Part shown: in pieces, positions 34,108 through 41,687 of the stretch
Numbering within the stretch: the first letter of the stretch is position 1
How the letters are laid out: every line of letters starts with the position of its first letter
Virus record (IMG/VR): IMGVR_UViG_3300018080_000034
Strand: one strand, 5' to 3'
Length of the DNA: 50,237 nt
From: a virus
Translations under genes and position numbers: made by a program
The notes under the pieces: generated by a model
Database searches by the model: none
What the model was told of the DNA's origin: nothing
Seen by the model: only the letters and a program-made list of their open reading frames with translations

Positions 34108-34112
34108 CATGA

Positions 34113-34901
34113 CTAAACAGAGGCCGCCGCGACGGCATCCATTGCGGCTTCCCACGACAACGGAAGCTCGTAGGGCAAGCGGCCATAGACTCCGCGACCC
34201 CCGCCGGGATGCGACGCTCGCTTCTGTGTGTAAAGGAATCGCTCGCCAGCCGCCACGTCAACAGCGCGCTTGGATTCCTTGCCAAAGCCGGCGTCCTCTT
34301 TGCGTACAACGGCCTTTGATTTTGCAAACCAGATCACGTCAGCCCAGCGGAATAGCAGTGCTGATACCTTGTCGTGAACGTCAAACTGGTAAGTGTCGTA
34401 GCTCCCGTCAATCGGGTCGTCGTGGCGCTTGACTTTTACATGTCCGATTAGGATAGAAGCCATTCCGCGATCGTTGCGCAGCGCATCGAGCGCTTGCGTG
34501 ATTGTGCGCCAGACATTTGCGGATTCCGTATACCCCTTAGCGTACCCGCCGCCGACCTTCTCGATGCTATCGACCTTGGCTGCCTGGCATACATGCTGCC
34601 AAATGACCGGCTCCAGGGCCGAGGCGGAATCGAGAACCACCGTGCGGTGCTCGTGCTGCTGCGAATACAAGGCGTAGAGCCAGCCAGTCACGTCCTCTAG
34701 TGTGTTGCACACCGGGGCGACGGTGGCTCGGGCCTGGATACCGGGGTCGTCGCAACCCTCTTCGCCCTTGATGGGCAGTATAATCGGCGCATCGGAGCAG
34801 GCGGCGAAGGTGGTTTTGCCGATTTTCTCGACACCGAGAAGCACGATACGTGGTGGGCGAAGCTGGTTGCTTGGCTGAATGGCAGATAGATCAAAGGCCA
34901 T
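34113..34901 (-). CDS. Sak4-like RecA-fold ATPase (AAA_24) single-strand annealing/recombination protein
   Basis: Walker A LLGVEKIGKTTFAA and Walker B VVLDSASALE. Size 262 aa. Paired with a DUF669 gene. Confidence 0.75.
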   Translation of the reverse strand: MAFDLSAIQPSNQLRPPRIVLLGVEKIGKTTFAACSDAPIILPIKGEEGCDDPGIQARATVAPVCNTLEDVTGWLYALYSQQHEHRTVVLDSASALEPVIWQHVCQAAKVDSIEKVGGGYAKGYTESANVWRTITQALDALRNDRGMASILIGHVKVKRHDDPIDGSYDTYQFDVHDKVSALLFRWADVIWFAKSKAVVRKEDAGFGKESKRAVDVAAGERFLYTQKRASHPGGGRGVYGRLPYELPLSWEAAMDAVAAASV

Positions 34902-34936
34902 AGCTGATCTCCTGTTGAGGTGTGTAAACGCGCCGG

Positions 34937-35155
34937 CTACGGCACAAGTCTGATGGTCAGCTTGACTTCGTTGTCGTCATCCTCGTAGTAATTGCCGAAC
35001 GCGAGTTCCTCAATAATGTCTGCGAGAAAGTTCGCGGCGTCATACCGAGCTTCGTTCATCATGCCGTCTACCCACATCGGCGAAAGTAGCTCGCCGACAG
35101 TCCCGATTGCGGCCTCTTCGCCTGCTGCGGTTTCCATAAATACCTTACGATTCAT
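34937..35155 (-). CDS. Small acidic hypothetical protein
   Basis: 72 aa from the ATG at 35155 (MNRKVFMET...). Overlaps the upstream stop by 11 nt. Confidence 0.45.
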   Translation of the reverse strand: MNRKVFMETAAGEEAAIGTVGELLSPMWVDGMMNEARYDAANFLADIIEELAFGNYYEDDDNEVKLTIRLVP

Positions 35156-35411
35156 TGCGCTTGCTCCATTTAAGATGTGCCTTTCGGCGCGCCATTCTCT
35201 CGCGGCCGGGAAGATGGTGAACAACTGTCTTCGTTCGAGATTCAATGAGTGCAACCAAGTCACTCTCGCGGATGCGCCGCCGAGGTCTAGTGGCCGGTTG
35301 GGTCAGCGTCATGTCCACGTATGGCAGTACGCCATACTGAATGAGCCGCTGTATGGCCCGAGGCTTGACTGCCAATCGCTCGGCTGCTTCGGGGATGGTG
35401 AGTAACTGCAT
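35145..35411 (-). CDS. Excisionase/MerR-type HTH_17 DNA-binding protein
   Basis: From the ATG at 35411: MQLLTIPEAAERLAVKPRAIQRLIQYGVLPYV...IRESDLVALIE. Confidence 0.6.
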   Translation of the reverse strand: MQLLTIPEAAERLAVKPRAIQRLIQYGVLPYVDMTLTQPATRPRRRIRESDLVALIESRTKTVVHHLPGRERMARRKAHLKWSKRNES

Positions 35412-35480
35412 TGCTTGCCTCGACTGTATACCCCTAGTGTAATTGAGTATGCGGCCCGGAGCGGGCCGAAATTGGCCCAT

Positions 35481-35924
35481 TTAGTCATCCCACTCAAAAG
35501 AAACTCGGCTTCTGTGTGACACTAGCTCGCATGGCAGGCCACACTCTAAGAGGCGCATGTTCGCTTTGGAACATGCGCGCCGAATGGCGTCATCGCTAGT
35601 ACGCTCGCCCCAGACCTGATCCTGCAATGCCTCGTAGCTCACGCGCCCATGCGTGTAAACGTACTGGAGTAGTCGGTACTGAGTGGGCGAGAGGCGTGCG
35701 CTGCGATCTTGGCAATGCACCGTGGCGGTATCATCGCAAAACCGCACGCTTGCCTTTCGGCGTTGCCGAGCCTCACACAGACACCCCGCAGGCAAGTCAA
35801 GTTCTAGGAGCCCATCTTCGCGGCGTACCGCCTTTTGGATGGCGACGACTAGCTCCTGGTCTGTCAGCGCAAATAGCATCAGCACGCAATGGGAGAAGAG
35901 ACGGGAAAGAGGGGAGAATGACAC
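35481..35924 (-). CDS. Winged-helix (OmpR/PhoB C-terminal-like) transcriptional regulator
   Basis: LSPTQYRLLQYVYTHGRVSYEALQDQVWGERTSDDAIRRACSKANMRL resembles a Trans_reg_C effector domain. The start could be the internal MLFALT. Confidence 0.5.
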   Translation of the reverse strand: MSFSPLSRLFSHCVLMLFALTDQELVVAIQKAVRREDGLLELDLPAGCLCEARQRRKASVRFCDDTATVHCQDRSARLSPTQYRLLQYVYTHGRVSYEALQDQVWGERTSDDAIRRACSKANMRLLECGLPCELVSHRSRVSFEWDD

Positions 35925-35927
35925 TGA

Positions 35928-36506
35928 TTACTTAGCGTCAGCGCAGGCCATTTCGCCACCGCAAGCACAGGTGGGCGGCCCCACGTCCTCTAGCCACTTC
36001 CTTGTCATGCGCACGATACACCCGCAGTCCTGGCACTCGACCTTTAACATACGAGTGCCCTGTTTCTTCGGTGCGTTGCTGCCAGTGAGTTCAGCATGAG
36101 GGTAGGGGCCGAGGGCGCTGGCTATTTGTTGCAGCCGTTCCGTCAACTCTTCGCCGGCATTAGTTGCCGTCATCTTGCCTTCTGGGCCAATATCCAAAGC
36201 CAGTGCCCGAAAGGCTCCGCGGTGCTTGCACTCCAAGCCCACGACACAATGCACAAGCTCATGCACGAGTGTTGCAGCAACTTCGATAGGGTCGCGTAGC
36301 GCGGGCGAAATGAAAATCTCGAAAGTATCGTCTGCGCTGCACTTACTTGACCACGCTTCGCCAATGCGCCTCTTCTTGGTTGCTAAGGCTCCTTTAGACG
36401 GCCATGAGCACGATACGCGCACCCTTTCTGGTACTGACCTTCCTAGCATTGCGAAATTGTGGCACAGGTGCCGCATACATTCTGTCAACCATGCTTCTCT
36501 GTTCAC
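35928..36506 (-). CDS. SprT-like HExxH metalloprotease-fold protein with a C-terminal Zn ribbon
   Basis: TLVHELVHCV (HExxH) and C-terminal ECQDCGC...CACGG. Confidence 0.6.
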   Translation of the reverse strand: MNREAWLTECMRHLCHNFAMLGRSVPERVRVSCSWPSKGALATKKRRIGEAWSSKCSADDTFEIFISPALRDPIEVAATLVHELVHCVVGLECKHRGAFRALALDIGPEGKMTATNAGEELTERLQQIASALGPYPHAELTGSNAPKKQGTRMLKVECQDCGCIVRMTRKWLEDVGPPTCACGGEMACADAK

Positions 36507-36523
36507 TGGTGCTACTCCTGGGG

Positions 36524-36739
36524 TTATTCCACAAACATAAGGTCGCCAAACTCTACCGGGCCAAGTTGGCGCACTTGCTTAGCGGACAAGCCGAGCTTGA
36601 CAGCGCCACGATAGGCAAGTTCTGGATTGACGGCATGGACTGCGCAGAGGGTGTAGATTGTCATGGCAAGCCACGGCTTACCTTTCGCGTTTGCTGCGCC
36701 AACCTGGCGCGCACGATCAAGAGCCTGTTGGTACGTCAC
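36524..36739 (-). CDS. Early ORF, unknown function (71 aa)
   Basis: GTG start preceded by GGAGTAA; the upstream stop lies within the RBS. Confidence 0.5.
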   Translation of the reverse strand: MTYQQALDRARQVGAANAKGKPWLAMTIYTLCAVHAVNPELAYRGAVKLGLSAKQVRQLGPVEFGDLMFVE

Positions 36740-36744
36740 TGGTG

Positions 36745-36939
36745 TTACTCCGGGGTGAAAGGCTGACCTTCATTCTCGCACGTCATCCATAGTTTGCCTT
36801 TAGCAAGCCGGCGAAAGAAATTAGCCAAGCCGCGCATGTCACCGGCGGCCTCGGCCTTCGTGTCATAGGGTCCGTACTCCATTACGGTGTCTGGCACGCC
36901 GGTAATCCACCATGCGCCGTTGCGTTGCTCTAGGTCCAC
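36745..36939 (-). CDS. Early ORF, unknown function (64 aa)
   Basis: GTG start preceded by CTGGAGTAA. 5-nt spacing to both neighbours. Confidence 0.5.
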   Translation of the reverse strand: MDLEQRNGAWWITGVPDTVMEYGPYDTKAEAAGDMRGLANFFRRLAKGKLWMTCENEGQPFTPE

Positions 36940-36944
36940 GGCGA

Positions 36945-37139
36945 TTACTCCAGTTCGCGAATCACAAGATAGACAATCCCGAGGTCGCCTGGGTCGCTTG
37001 GGTCGCAGGAGTCGCGTTCAACGCGCAGCACTGGCGCTCCGGCGTTGTCACCATCTGTACCGGGGTCATCGAGAATTACCACTACCGGCGCGTTGGCAGG
37101 GAGGCAACCCAGTAGTCTCCATAATTCCTTAACGGTCAC
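36945..37139 (-). CDS. Early ORF, unknown function (64 aa, acidic)
   Basis: GTG start with GAGGTAAGC upstream. First ORF downstream of hairpin/box cassette 1. Confidence 0.5.
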   Translation of the reverse strand: MTVKELWRLLGCLPANAPVVVILDDPGTDGDNAGAPVLRVERDSCDPSDPGDLGIVYLVIRELE

Positions 37140-37181
37140 GCTTACCTCACGTTGCTAGAGTGCTTGCCTTTCGGCGTTACT

Positions 37182-37240
37182 GGACGATCCGGCGCGACCC
37201 CGTGCGCGACGGGGCCGGGCCGGGCCGTCCTTGGCCGGCG
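37182..37240 (-). repeat. Intergenic hairpin family, copy 1 (GGAC subfamily)
   Basis: ggacgatccggc...gccgggccgtcc with the tail ttggccggcg. Directly after the stop of 37245..37943 in the transcription direction. Confidence 0.6.
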
Positions 37241-37244
37241 GGTG

Positions 37245-37943
37245 TTACCCTTTCGTCGTCAGATAGCCACGGATTGCGGCACTGGCGTCCCGAATGACCT
37301 TGGCGTAGGTCTTGGACTCGCGGCCGGTCAGTTCCGCAAGCCGCTTTTCCGGGTCGCCGGTGGTCATTTCGGCGAGTGCTTGCCCGGCAAGCTCATACAC
37401 CGGCCGGCGGGTCGCTTGCTTTGCGGCGCGGCGGGCGGCCTTGAGCTTGTCCTTAGCAGCTTGGACGGCCGCCTCCGCGTCCGCGACGGCCCGCTCTTCT
37501 ACCGTCAACTCGCGTTCCGTCTCTGCGGTCTGGGGTTTCTTCGGTGGCATAGTTGCCTCCTCTGGGGTTGGTGATTGGCCTTTAGGTAGGCCGGCCTCAT
37601 ACGCTTCCCTGATACTGACTAAGCGCTCCCTCCATGCTGCGCGATGACACTCATAGGGTGTGCCGATAAATAACGCATCGGTAGCTTCGGCTTCCCAATT
37701 CAGTTCGCGCGCCATTAGCTGTGCAAGCCGTTCGGCCTGATTCAGCGACGGGCAGGACGCAATACCCGGCGGGAGCACGCTTAGGCCGCTGCCAATATGA
37801 GTCAGTCCCCATTCGCGTTTGTTCGGTTTGCCGGTGCGCGGGTCCAGCATGTTGTGTATAGCGAGCCCGGGCGTGACCAGATACGCGGGCATGGTGTACT
37901 TGCGCCCGCACGTAGTTTTAAGCGAAATAGTTACGCGCTTCAC
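37245..37943 (-). CDS. Early ORF, unknown function (232 aa; coiled-coil C-half)
   Basis: Long ORF in the operon frame. The Ala/Lys/Glu-rich segment AVADAEAAVQAAKDKLKAARRAAKQ suggests a coiled coil. Confidence 0.6.
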   Translation of the reverse strand: MKRVTISLKTTCGRKYTMPAYLVTPGLAIHNMLDPRTGKPNKREWGLTHIGSGLSVLPPGIASCPSLNQAERLAQLMARELNWEAEATDALFIGTPYECHRAAWRERLVSIREAYEAGLPKGQSPTPEEATMPPKKPQTAETERELTVEERAVADAEAAVQAAKDKLKAARRAAKQATRRPVYELAGQALAEMTTGDPEKRLAELTGRESKTYAKVIRDASAAIRGYLTTKG

Positions 37944-37946
37944 GAT

Positions 37947-38315
37947 TTACTCCCTGTTTAAGTCCCACAACTCGCGGTAATTATCCAAGACAAGTCGCTG
38001 GCAACCCGGCGGCAGGTCGCCGAACGGAATCCGCATACCTAAGTGACACTTGCGGCCGTAGGCCGGGGGCCACTTGCCCTTCGGCGAATCAACTTGCTCT
38101 CGGCTTGAGCCGTGCTGCCCAAAGCCCTGCGGATGGAACGGCGCAGCGTTCATTGCCAGATACGCAAACTCTCCGCCGGTTTTGTGGCGGTAGTTACCGG
38201 TGTAGACCACGGTGTAGCGGTCAATAGTTTCCCCGCCATTGTCGTAACAGCGAATCCAGTGGGGCACGCCGTTCGGCATAAGCCGTTCGCGGCGCTCTTG
38301 CTCACGTTTCGTCAT
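37947..38315 (-). CDS. Early ORF, unknown function (122 aa; IRCYDNGGETIDRYTVVYT motif)
   Basis: ATG with GGAG (ccttggagttagcaacATG). The motif block CYDNGG..DRYTVV...PFHPQGFGQHG looks like a conserved uncharacterised family. Confidence 0.6.
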   Translation of the reverse strand: MTKREQERRERLMPNGVPHWIRCYDNGGETIDRYTVVYTGNYRHKTGGEFAYLAMNAAPFHPQGFGQHGSSREQVDSPKGKWPPAYGRKCHLGMRIPFGDLPPGCQRLVLDNYRELWDLNRE

Positions 38316-38340
38316 GTTGCTAACTCCAAGGTGCTAGGGT

Positions 38341-38401
38341 GGACAAGCCGCCGGGCGACCGTCTTGCGACAGAAGCCGGGCGGGCCGTCCATTGCCCGGC
38401 G
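38341..38401 (-). repeat. Intergenic hairpin family, copy 2 (GGAC subfamily)
   Basis: ggacaagccgcc...ggcgggccgtcc with the tail attgcccggcg. Shares both ends with copy 1. Confidence 0.6.
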
Positions 38402-38404
38402 CGT

Positions 38405-39118
38405 TTACACGCGCCAGTTCTGGCTTGCCATGTTCCGGCGCCACTCGTCGCGCCACTGGTCGCGGGTCAAGATTCGCCGATACCACGTTTCGCGCACCCC
38501 TTCGCTAGATACCACGGTTCCGAAGTGCTGCGCGGATACACCGGGTTCGGTATCCTCCGGCTTGCCGGTCACTGTGTAGCCGGCGGCTTCAAGTTGTGCC
38601 GTCACGTCGCGTGCCATTTCTTCGCGAACGTACTTCTCGGCGTATTCGGAGTCGTCGATTCCCCATACTGAGGCGCTGTATTCTTCGCCACCGATAGCGA
38701 AGTTGCACCGCACGCCGTACCATTCCCAGCCGTTCTCATACCAGTTGCATAGGGTTCGCAAAGTGCGGCGGCGTTCTGCCGCGACGGCTTCCATTGCCAC
38801 TTGCTTTGTGGCACCGCTGTTGCGTAGGTACTGGTAAATGCCGTAATCCTCGTCGGTGGGGAGCGTGATAATGATGCGCTCGCGGTCCCAATCGCACCAT
38901 ACGCAACCTTGCATCTTGCGGGTGTCGGGGCAAGTATCAGGCCGATAGCGGTGCTCTTCGATTGTCTCGTGCTCGAATCCGTCGCACGATTCCCACGGTG
39001 GCTCGCCGTGGTCATCGGGCACAACCGTTGTGGCGGCAAGTATGTCGTCGAAATTGACGACGGCGGGGTGTGTTTCGACGACAATCATCGTGTCGTCATG
39101 TCTGACTGTACTTTGCAT
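38405..39118 (-). CDS. Early ORF, unknown function (237 aa)
   Basis: ATG with cggagcaatcaccATG. Trp/Glu-rich; no recognisable motif. Confidence 0.6.
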   Translation of the reverse strand: MQSTVRHDDTMIVVETHPAVVNFDDILAATTVVPDDHGEPPWESCDGFEHETIEEHRYRPDTCPDTRKMQGCVWCDWDRERIIITLPTDEDYGIYQYLRNSGATKQVAMEAVAAERRRTLRTLCNWYENGWEWYGVRCNFAIGGEEYSASVWGIDDSEYAEKYVREEMARDVTAQLEAAGYTVTGKPEDTEPGVSAQHFGTVVSSEGVRETWYRRILTRDQWRDEWRRNMASQNWRV

Positions 39119-39156
39119 GGTGATTGCTCCGAGGTGGTGGTTCTTAGACAGTACGG

Positions 39157-39194
39157 GTTACTTACCTTTTGGCGTTACTAGGGGTTGCGGGATA
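39157..39194 (-). promoter_or_regulatory. 38-nt exact repeat (box cassette), copy 1: gttacttaccttttggcgttactaggggttgcgggata
   Basis: Identical to 39702-39739. It contains both the CTTACCTTTTGGCGTTAC box and GTTGCGGG. Confidence 0.7.
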
Positions 39195-39251
39195 GGCCGT
39201 CGGGCGCCACTCGCGACAAGAGGCGCCGGGCGGGCTATCCCTGCCCGGGGC
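39189..39251 (-). repeat. Intergenic hairpin family, copy 3 (GGATA subfamily)
   Basis: gggataggccgtcgggcgcc - actcgcgacaaga - ggcgccgggcgggctatccc (17 of 20 pairs), tail tgcccggggcg. Confidence 0.65.
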
Positions 39252-39255
39252 GTTG

Positions 39256-39681
39256 CTATTCCAAGTACAATTGGCCGTCGTCGCCCACGTACACGTAGCA
39301 CTCTCCGAAGTGCTTAGCAGCTTCGGTCAATCGGTCGCCCACGTCGCCTAGCTCGCGGTCCCAAAAGCCGGCGCCGTGCCCGTTGCGCGTAAGCCAAAAG
39401 CCATGTCCGGCCATTGCCATATCGGTATAATGCGGGTGCGAATAATCCGCTTCGCCAAGCGCTTCCCCATTGTCCTCTTGGAAGCGCCGGCAATCGTCGA
39501 TTGCCTTTTCCAGCGCTTCCGGGGCGAAGTCTGTCAAGTCGAAATTGCGGTCAAGGGGTTCGCCCCCTTGCGGGGTGGAGTTGTCTGTTTCCGCCCACAA
39601 CGCACACTCCAAGTACGCGCGGGTAAAGTCGTCTAGCTTACGCGCCACGGCGTTAAGCGCTTTCACTTGCTGGTACGTCAT
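39256..39681 (-). CDS. Early ORF, unknown function (141 aa, acidic; AGHGFWLTRNGHGAGFWD motif)
   Basis: ATG preceded by ccccttggagtaacaccctATG. The motifs ECALWAE and GHGFWLTRNGHGAGFWD look family-like but are not assignable. Confidence 0.6.
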   Translation of the reverse strand: MTYQQVKALNAVARKLDDFTRAYLECALWAETDNSTPQGGEPLDRNFDLTDFAPEALEKAIDDCRRFQEDNGEALGEADYSHPHYTDMAMAGHGFWLTRNGHGAGFWDRELGDVGDRLTEAAKHFGECYVYVGDDGQLYLE

Positions 39682-39701
39682 AGGGTGTTACTCCAAGGGG
39701 C

Positions 39702-39739
39702 GTTACTTACCTTTTGGCGTTACTAGGGGTTGCGGGATA
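39702..39739 (-). promoter_or_regulatory. 38-nt exact repeat (box cassette), copy 2
   Basis: Identical to 39157-39194. Confidence 0.7.
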
Positions 39740-39793
39740 AGCCACCCGGCGCCCGTTGCGGAACGGGCGCCGGGTGGGCAATCCATGCCCGGC
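39734..39793 (-). repeat. Intergenic hairpin family, copy 4 (GGATA subfamily)
   Basis: 16-bp perfect stem ccacccggcgcccgtt / aacgggcgccgggtgg with loop gcgg. Flanks gggataagcc ... ggcaatccatgcccggcg. Confidence 0.7.
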
Positions 39794-39800
39794 GCGGGTG

Positions 39801-40088
39801 CTAGATCGGTTGCGGTTCGCCCCGTAACGCGGGGTGATCGGGGAATCGGCTTGCGATATGATCGGTAAGGCAAGCGCTAAACTCATTAGAGCAGCACTCT
39901 TGATCCCAGCGCCCTCCGTCGATGCACAGGTCAATCAAGTCGCCATTGCCGTCGAATTGCGCGAACATGCGCCGGCCCCGTAATTCCGAACACGGCCAAG
40001 CGGCGCCGGGCCGGGTGGCCCAAGCGTGGGTGTCTTCGGCAGATAGCCGCACGTTTAGCACGTCGCCGGGGAGTTGCTTGATTTGCAT
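39801..40088 (-). CDS. Early ORF, unknown function (95 aa)
   Basis: ATG preceded by accacggagcacaccctATG. Confidence 0.55.
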   Translation of the reverse strand: MQIKQLPGDVLNVRLSAEDTHAWATRPGAAWPCSELRGRRMFAQFDGNGDLIDLCIDGGRWDQECCSNEFSACLTDHIASRFPDHPALRGEPQPI

Positions 40089-40145
40089 AGGGTGTGCTCC
40101 GTGGTATTGCGTTCCAGGTTGTGGGGCACTTGCCTTTCGGCGCTG

Positions 40146-40325
40146 TTATGCTCGATAGGCTTGCTGGCAATCGTCCGAGCAACACTTTTGCCAGGGTGAT
40201 TCTGGGGTGAATAACGCGCCACACCATCGGCACTGACGGCCCTCAGTGCGCCACTTGGTAGGGCAACCTAATTCGTGGCACACCACGCCATTGATAACCA
40301 GCGCGTCACAAGATTCGCAGAGCAT
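40146..40325 (-). CDS. Cys-rich Zn-ribbon-like early protein (59 aa)
   Basis: The internal ATG at 40325 is preceded by GAAAGGTAAGTCC; the ORF track begins at TTG 40340. CESC...CHELGC...CRWCG...CCSDDC. Confidence 0.55.
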   Translation of the reverse strand: MLCESCDALVINGVVCHELGCPTKWRTEGRQCRWCGALFTPESPWQKCCSDDCQQAYRA

Positions 40326-40373
40326 GGACTTACCTTTCAATGTTGCTAGGGGATTGCCTGCCTTTTGGCATTG

Positions 40374-40535
40374 CTAGTCGCGCACTCCGCAAGCACGAAG
40401 AAAGCGCTCGCGGTCAAATCGGGAGTTGAATTGCCGGCACACGTTAGCAACGAGGCTCGCAACTCGCTCACGTTCTGTGCGATCGTCGATGTTTGCGATT
40501 GCATCGGCAAAAGCGCGGAAATGTTTTTTCGTCAT
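40374..40535 (-). CDS. 53-aa early ORF (not in the ORF track)
   Basis: ATG 40535 preceded by ccccttggagcaacaccctATG. MTKKHFRAFADAIANIDDRTERERVASLVANVCRQFNSRFDRERFLRACGVRD. The opposite-strand track ORF 40365..40607 looks spurious. Confidence 0.5.
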   Translation of the reverse strand: MTKKHFRAFADAIANIDDRTERERVASLVANVCRQFNSRFDRERFLRACGVRD

Positions 40536-40567
40536 AGGGTGTTGCTCCAAGGGGTTACAGAGTTAGT

Positions 40568-40628
40568 GGATAGGCCGCTAGGCGCCACTCGCGAAAGTGA
40601 AGCCTAGCGGGCTATCCATGCCCGGGGG
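40568..40628 (-). repeat. Intergenic hairpin family, copy 5 (GGATA subfamily)
   Basis: ggataggccgctaggc / gcctagcgggctatcc (15 of 16 pairs), loop containing gccactcgcgaaag, tail atgcccgggggg. Confidence 0.65.
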
Positions 40629-40695
40629 GTGTTGCGATGGGCAATGCTCCGTTCTAGGGGGTGGGGGTGGGGATTGGTGGTTATTGCGTTGCGGG

Positions 40696-40992
40696 TTAGA
40701 ATCGGTTGCGACTCCAACCGCGAATAATGAGGGGCAAGCGCCGCGCGGTCGCGCTAATCAGCGCTTCGGTTTCGGGAGTAACCCGGTAGCTTTCCAATTG
40801 CGCGGCGCAGCGCGCTTGATCGGTTGCCCCTTCTTCGGATTCTGCAATAACGTGATAGGTTTCCGTACCCCACGGGGTTGTTAGCACAACCCCGTAAAGC
40901 GCTAGCGCTTGCTGCGCCCCTTCCCAGTCGCGCGACAGCGCGGTTTGGTAATCGTCGTTTTCGACGATATTCAGTGTTGCCAGTGTTCGCAT
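40696..40992 (-). CDS. Early ORF, unknown function (98 aa)
   Basis: ATG 40992 preceded by gccgaaaggtaagctaATG. The ORF-track start at 41073 would run through the hairpin element. Confidence 0.55.
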   Translation of the reverse strand: MRTLATLNIVENDDYQTALSRDWEGAQQALALYGVVLTTPWGTETYHVIAESEEGATDQARCAAQLESYRVTPETEALISATARRLPLIIRGWSRNRF

Positions 40993-41018
40993 TAGCTTAC
41001 CTTTCGGCGTTGCGGGCT

Positions 41019-41086
41019 GGGTAGGGTAAACCACTCTTGACCACTCGCTAGGGAAGTGGGCAAGGGTGGGCAATCGTGCCCGGGGT
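41019..41086 (-). repeat. Intergenic hairpin family, copy 6 (divergent)
   Basis: ccactcttg (41031-41039) pairs with caagggtgg (41061-41069) at 8 of 9 positions. Loop with ccactcgc; tail gcaatcgtgcccgggg, like copy 4. Confidence 0.5.
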
Positions 41087-41090
41087 GGGG

Positions 41091-41417
41091 TTAATCGACG
41101 GTGTTGTATCGAATTGAAACGTGGTAATACAATTCGCGGTCAGAGTCCGATTCCGGTTGCGGGCAGAGCGCGTAGACACTTGGAGTTGTCGGGAAAGCTT
41201 CCCAACCCTCATCAGCCAAAATGCGCTTCTCCAAAACTTCAGCATCAACACAATCCATTGCAATCTGATCTAGGCAATCGTCGATTGCTTCCGCGGGATT
41301 GTCGCCAATCCCGGTCACGACATGGCGGTATGACGTGTAAGCCGTACCACACCCTTGAAAGTACTGGGGATGCTCGATACCGTGGTCAATCAATTCGTAA
41401 TCGGTTACGCGCTGCAT
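41091..41417 (-). CDS. Early ORF, unknown function (108 aa, acidic)
   Basis: ATG with a weak purine-rich upstream region (ataaggcacacacaATG). Confidence 0.55.
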   Translation of the reverse strand: MQRVTDYELIDHGIEHPQYFQGCGTAYTSYRHVVTGIGDNPAEAIDDCLDQIAMDCVDAEVLEKRILADEGWEAFPTTPSVYALCPQPESDSDRELYYHVSIRYNTVD

Positions 41418-41456
41418 TGTGTGTGCCTTATGTTAGGGGTGTTGCGGGTTGCTAGG

Positions 41457-41657
41457 TCACTTGCCGATGTTCGCGAAGAAACGGATAGCGCTTTCCGTAT
41501 CCTCATAAGTTGCGGGCCGAAGTTGGCAAGCGCGTGGGGCGCAGATAGTCCCATCGACTCGGCGCACCCATGACCACTTCCCTGTTATACGCTCTAGCTG
41601 CCCTGCCATTGTGTGGCCGTCCTGCATTGTCCAAGCTACGTTGTCGCCGATCTGCAT
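41457..41657 (-). CDS. Early ORF, unknown function (66 aa)
   Basis: ATG preceded by acaagaggacacgcaATG. Confidence 0.55.
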   Translation of the reverse strand: MQIGDNVAWTMQDGHTMAGQLERITGKWSWVRRVDGTICAPRACQLRPATYEDTESAIRFFANIGK

Positions 41658-41687
41658 TGCGTGTCCTCTTGTGTTGCGAGTTGCGGG

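Noticed and set aside
33397-34155. The full-length track ORF (252 aa) as the DUF669 gene, which would make the tRNA-like segment coding.
   Set aside because: The family-typical N-terminus (MNDLASLFG...LPPGKY) and a strong RBS occur at the internal ATG 33969. The upstream 62 codons contain the tRNA-like T-arm and have an odd composition. The longer form cannot be fully excluded.
40365-40607. Plus-strand 80-aa track ORF.
   Set aside because: It is opposite in strand to the whole operon and spans a conserved box and a hairpin copy. The minus strand holds a 53-aa ORF with the conserved leader/RBS instead.
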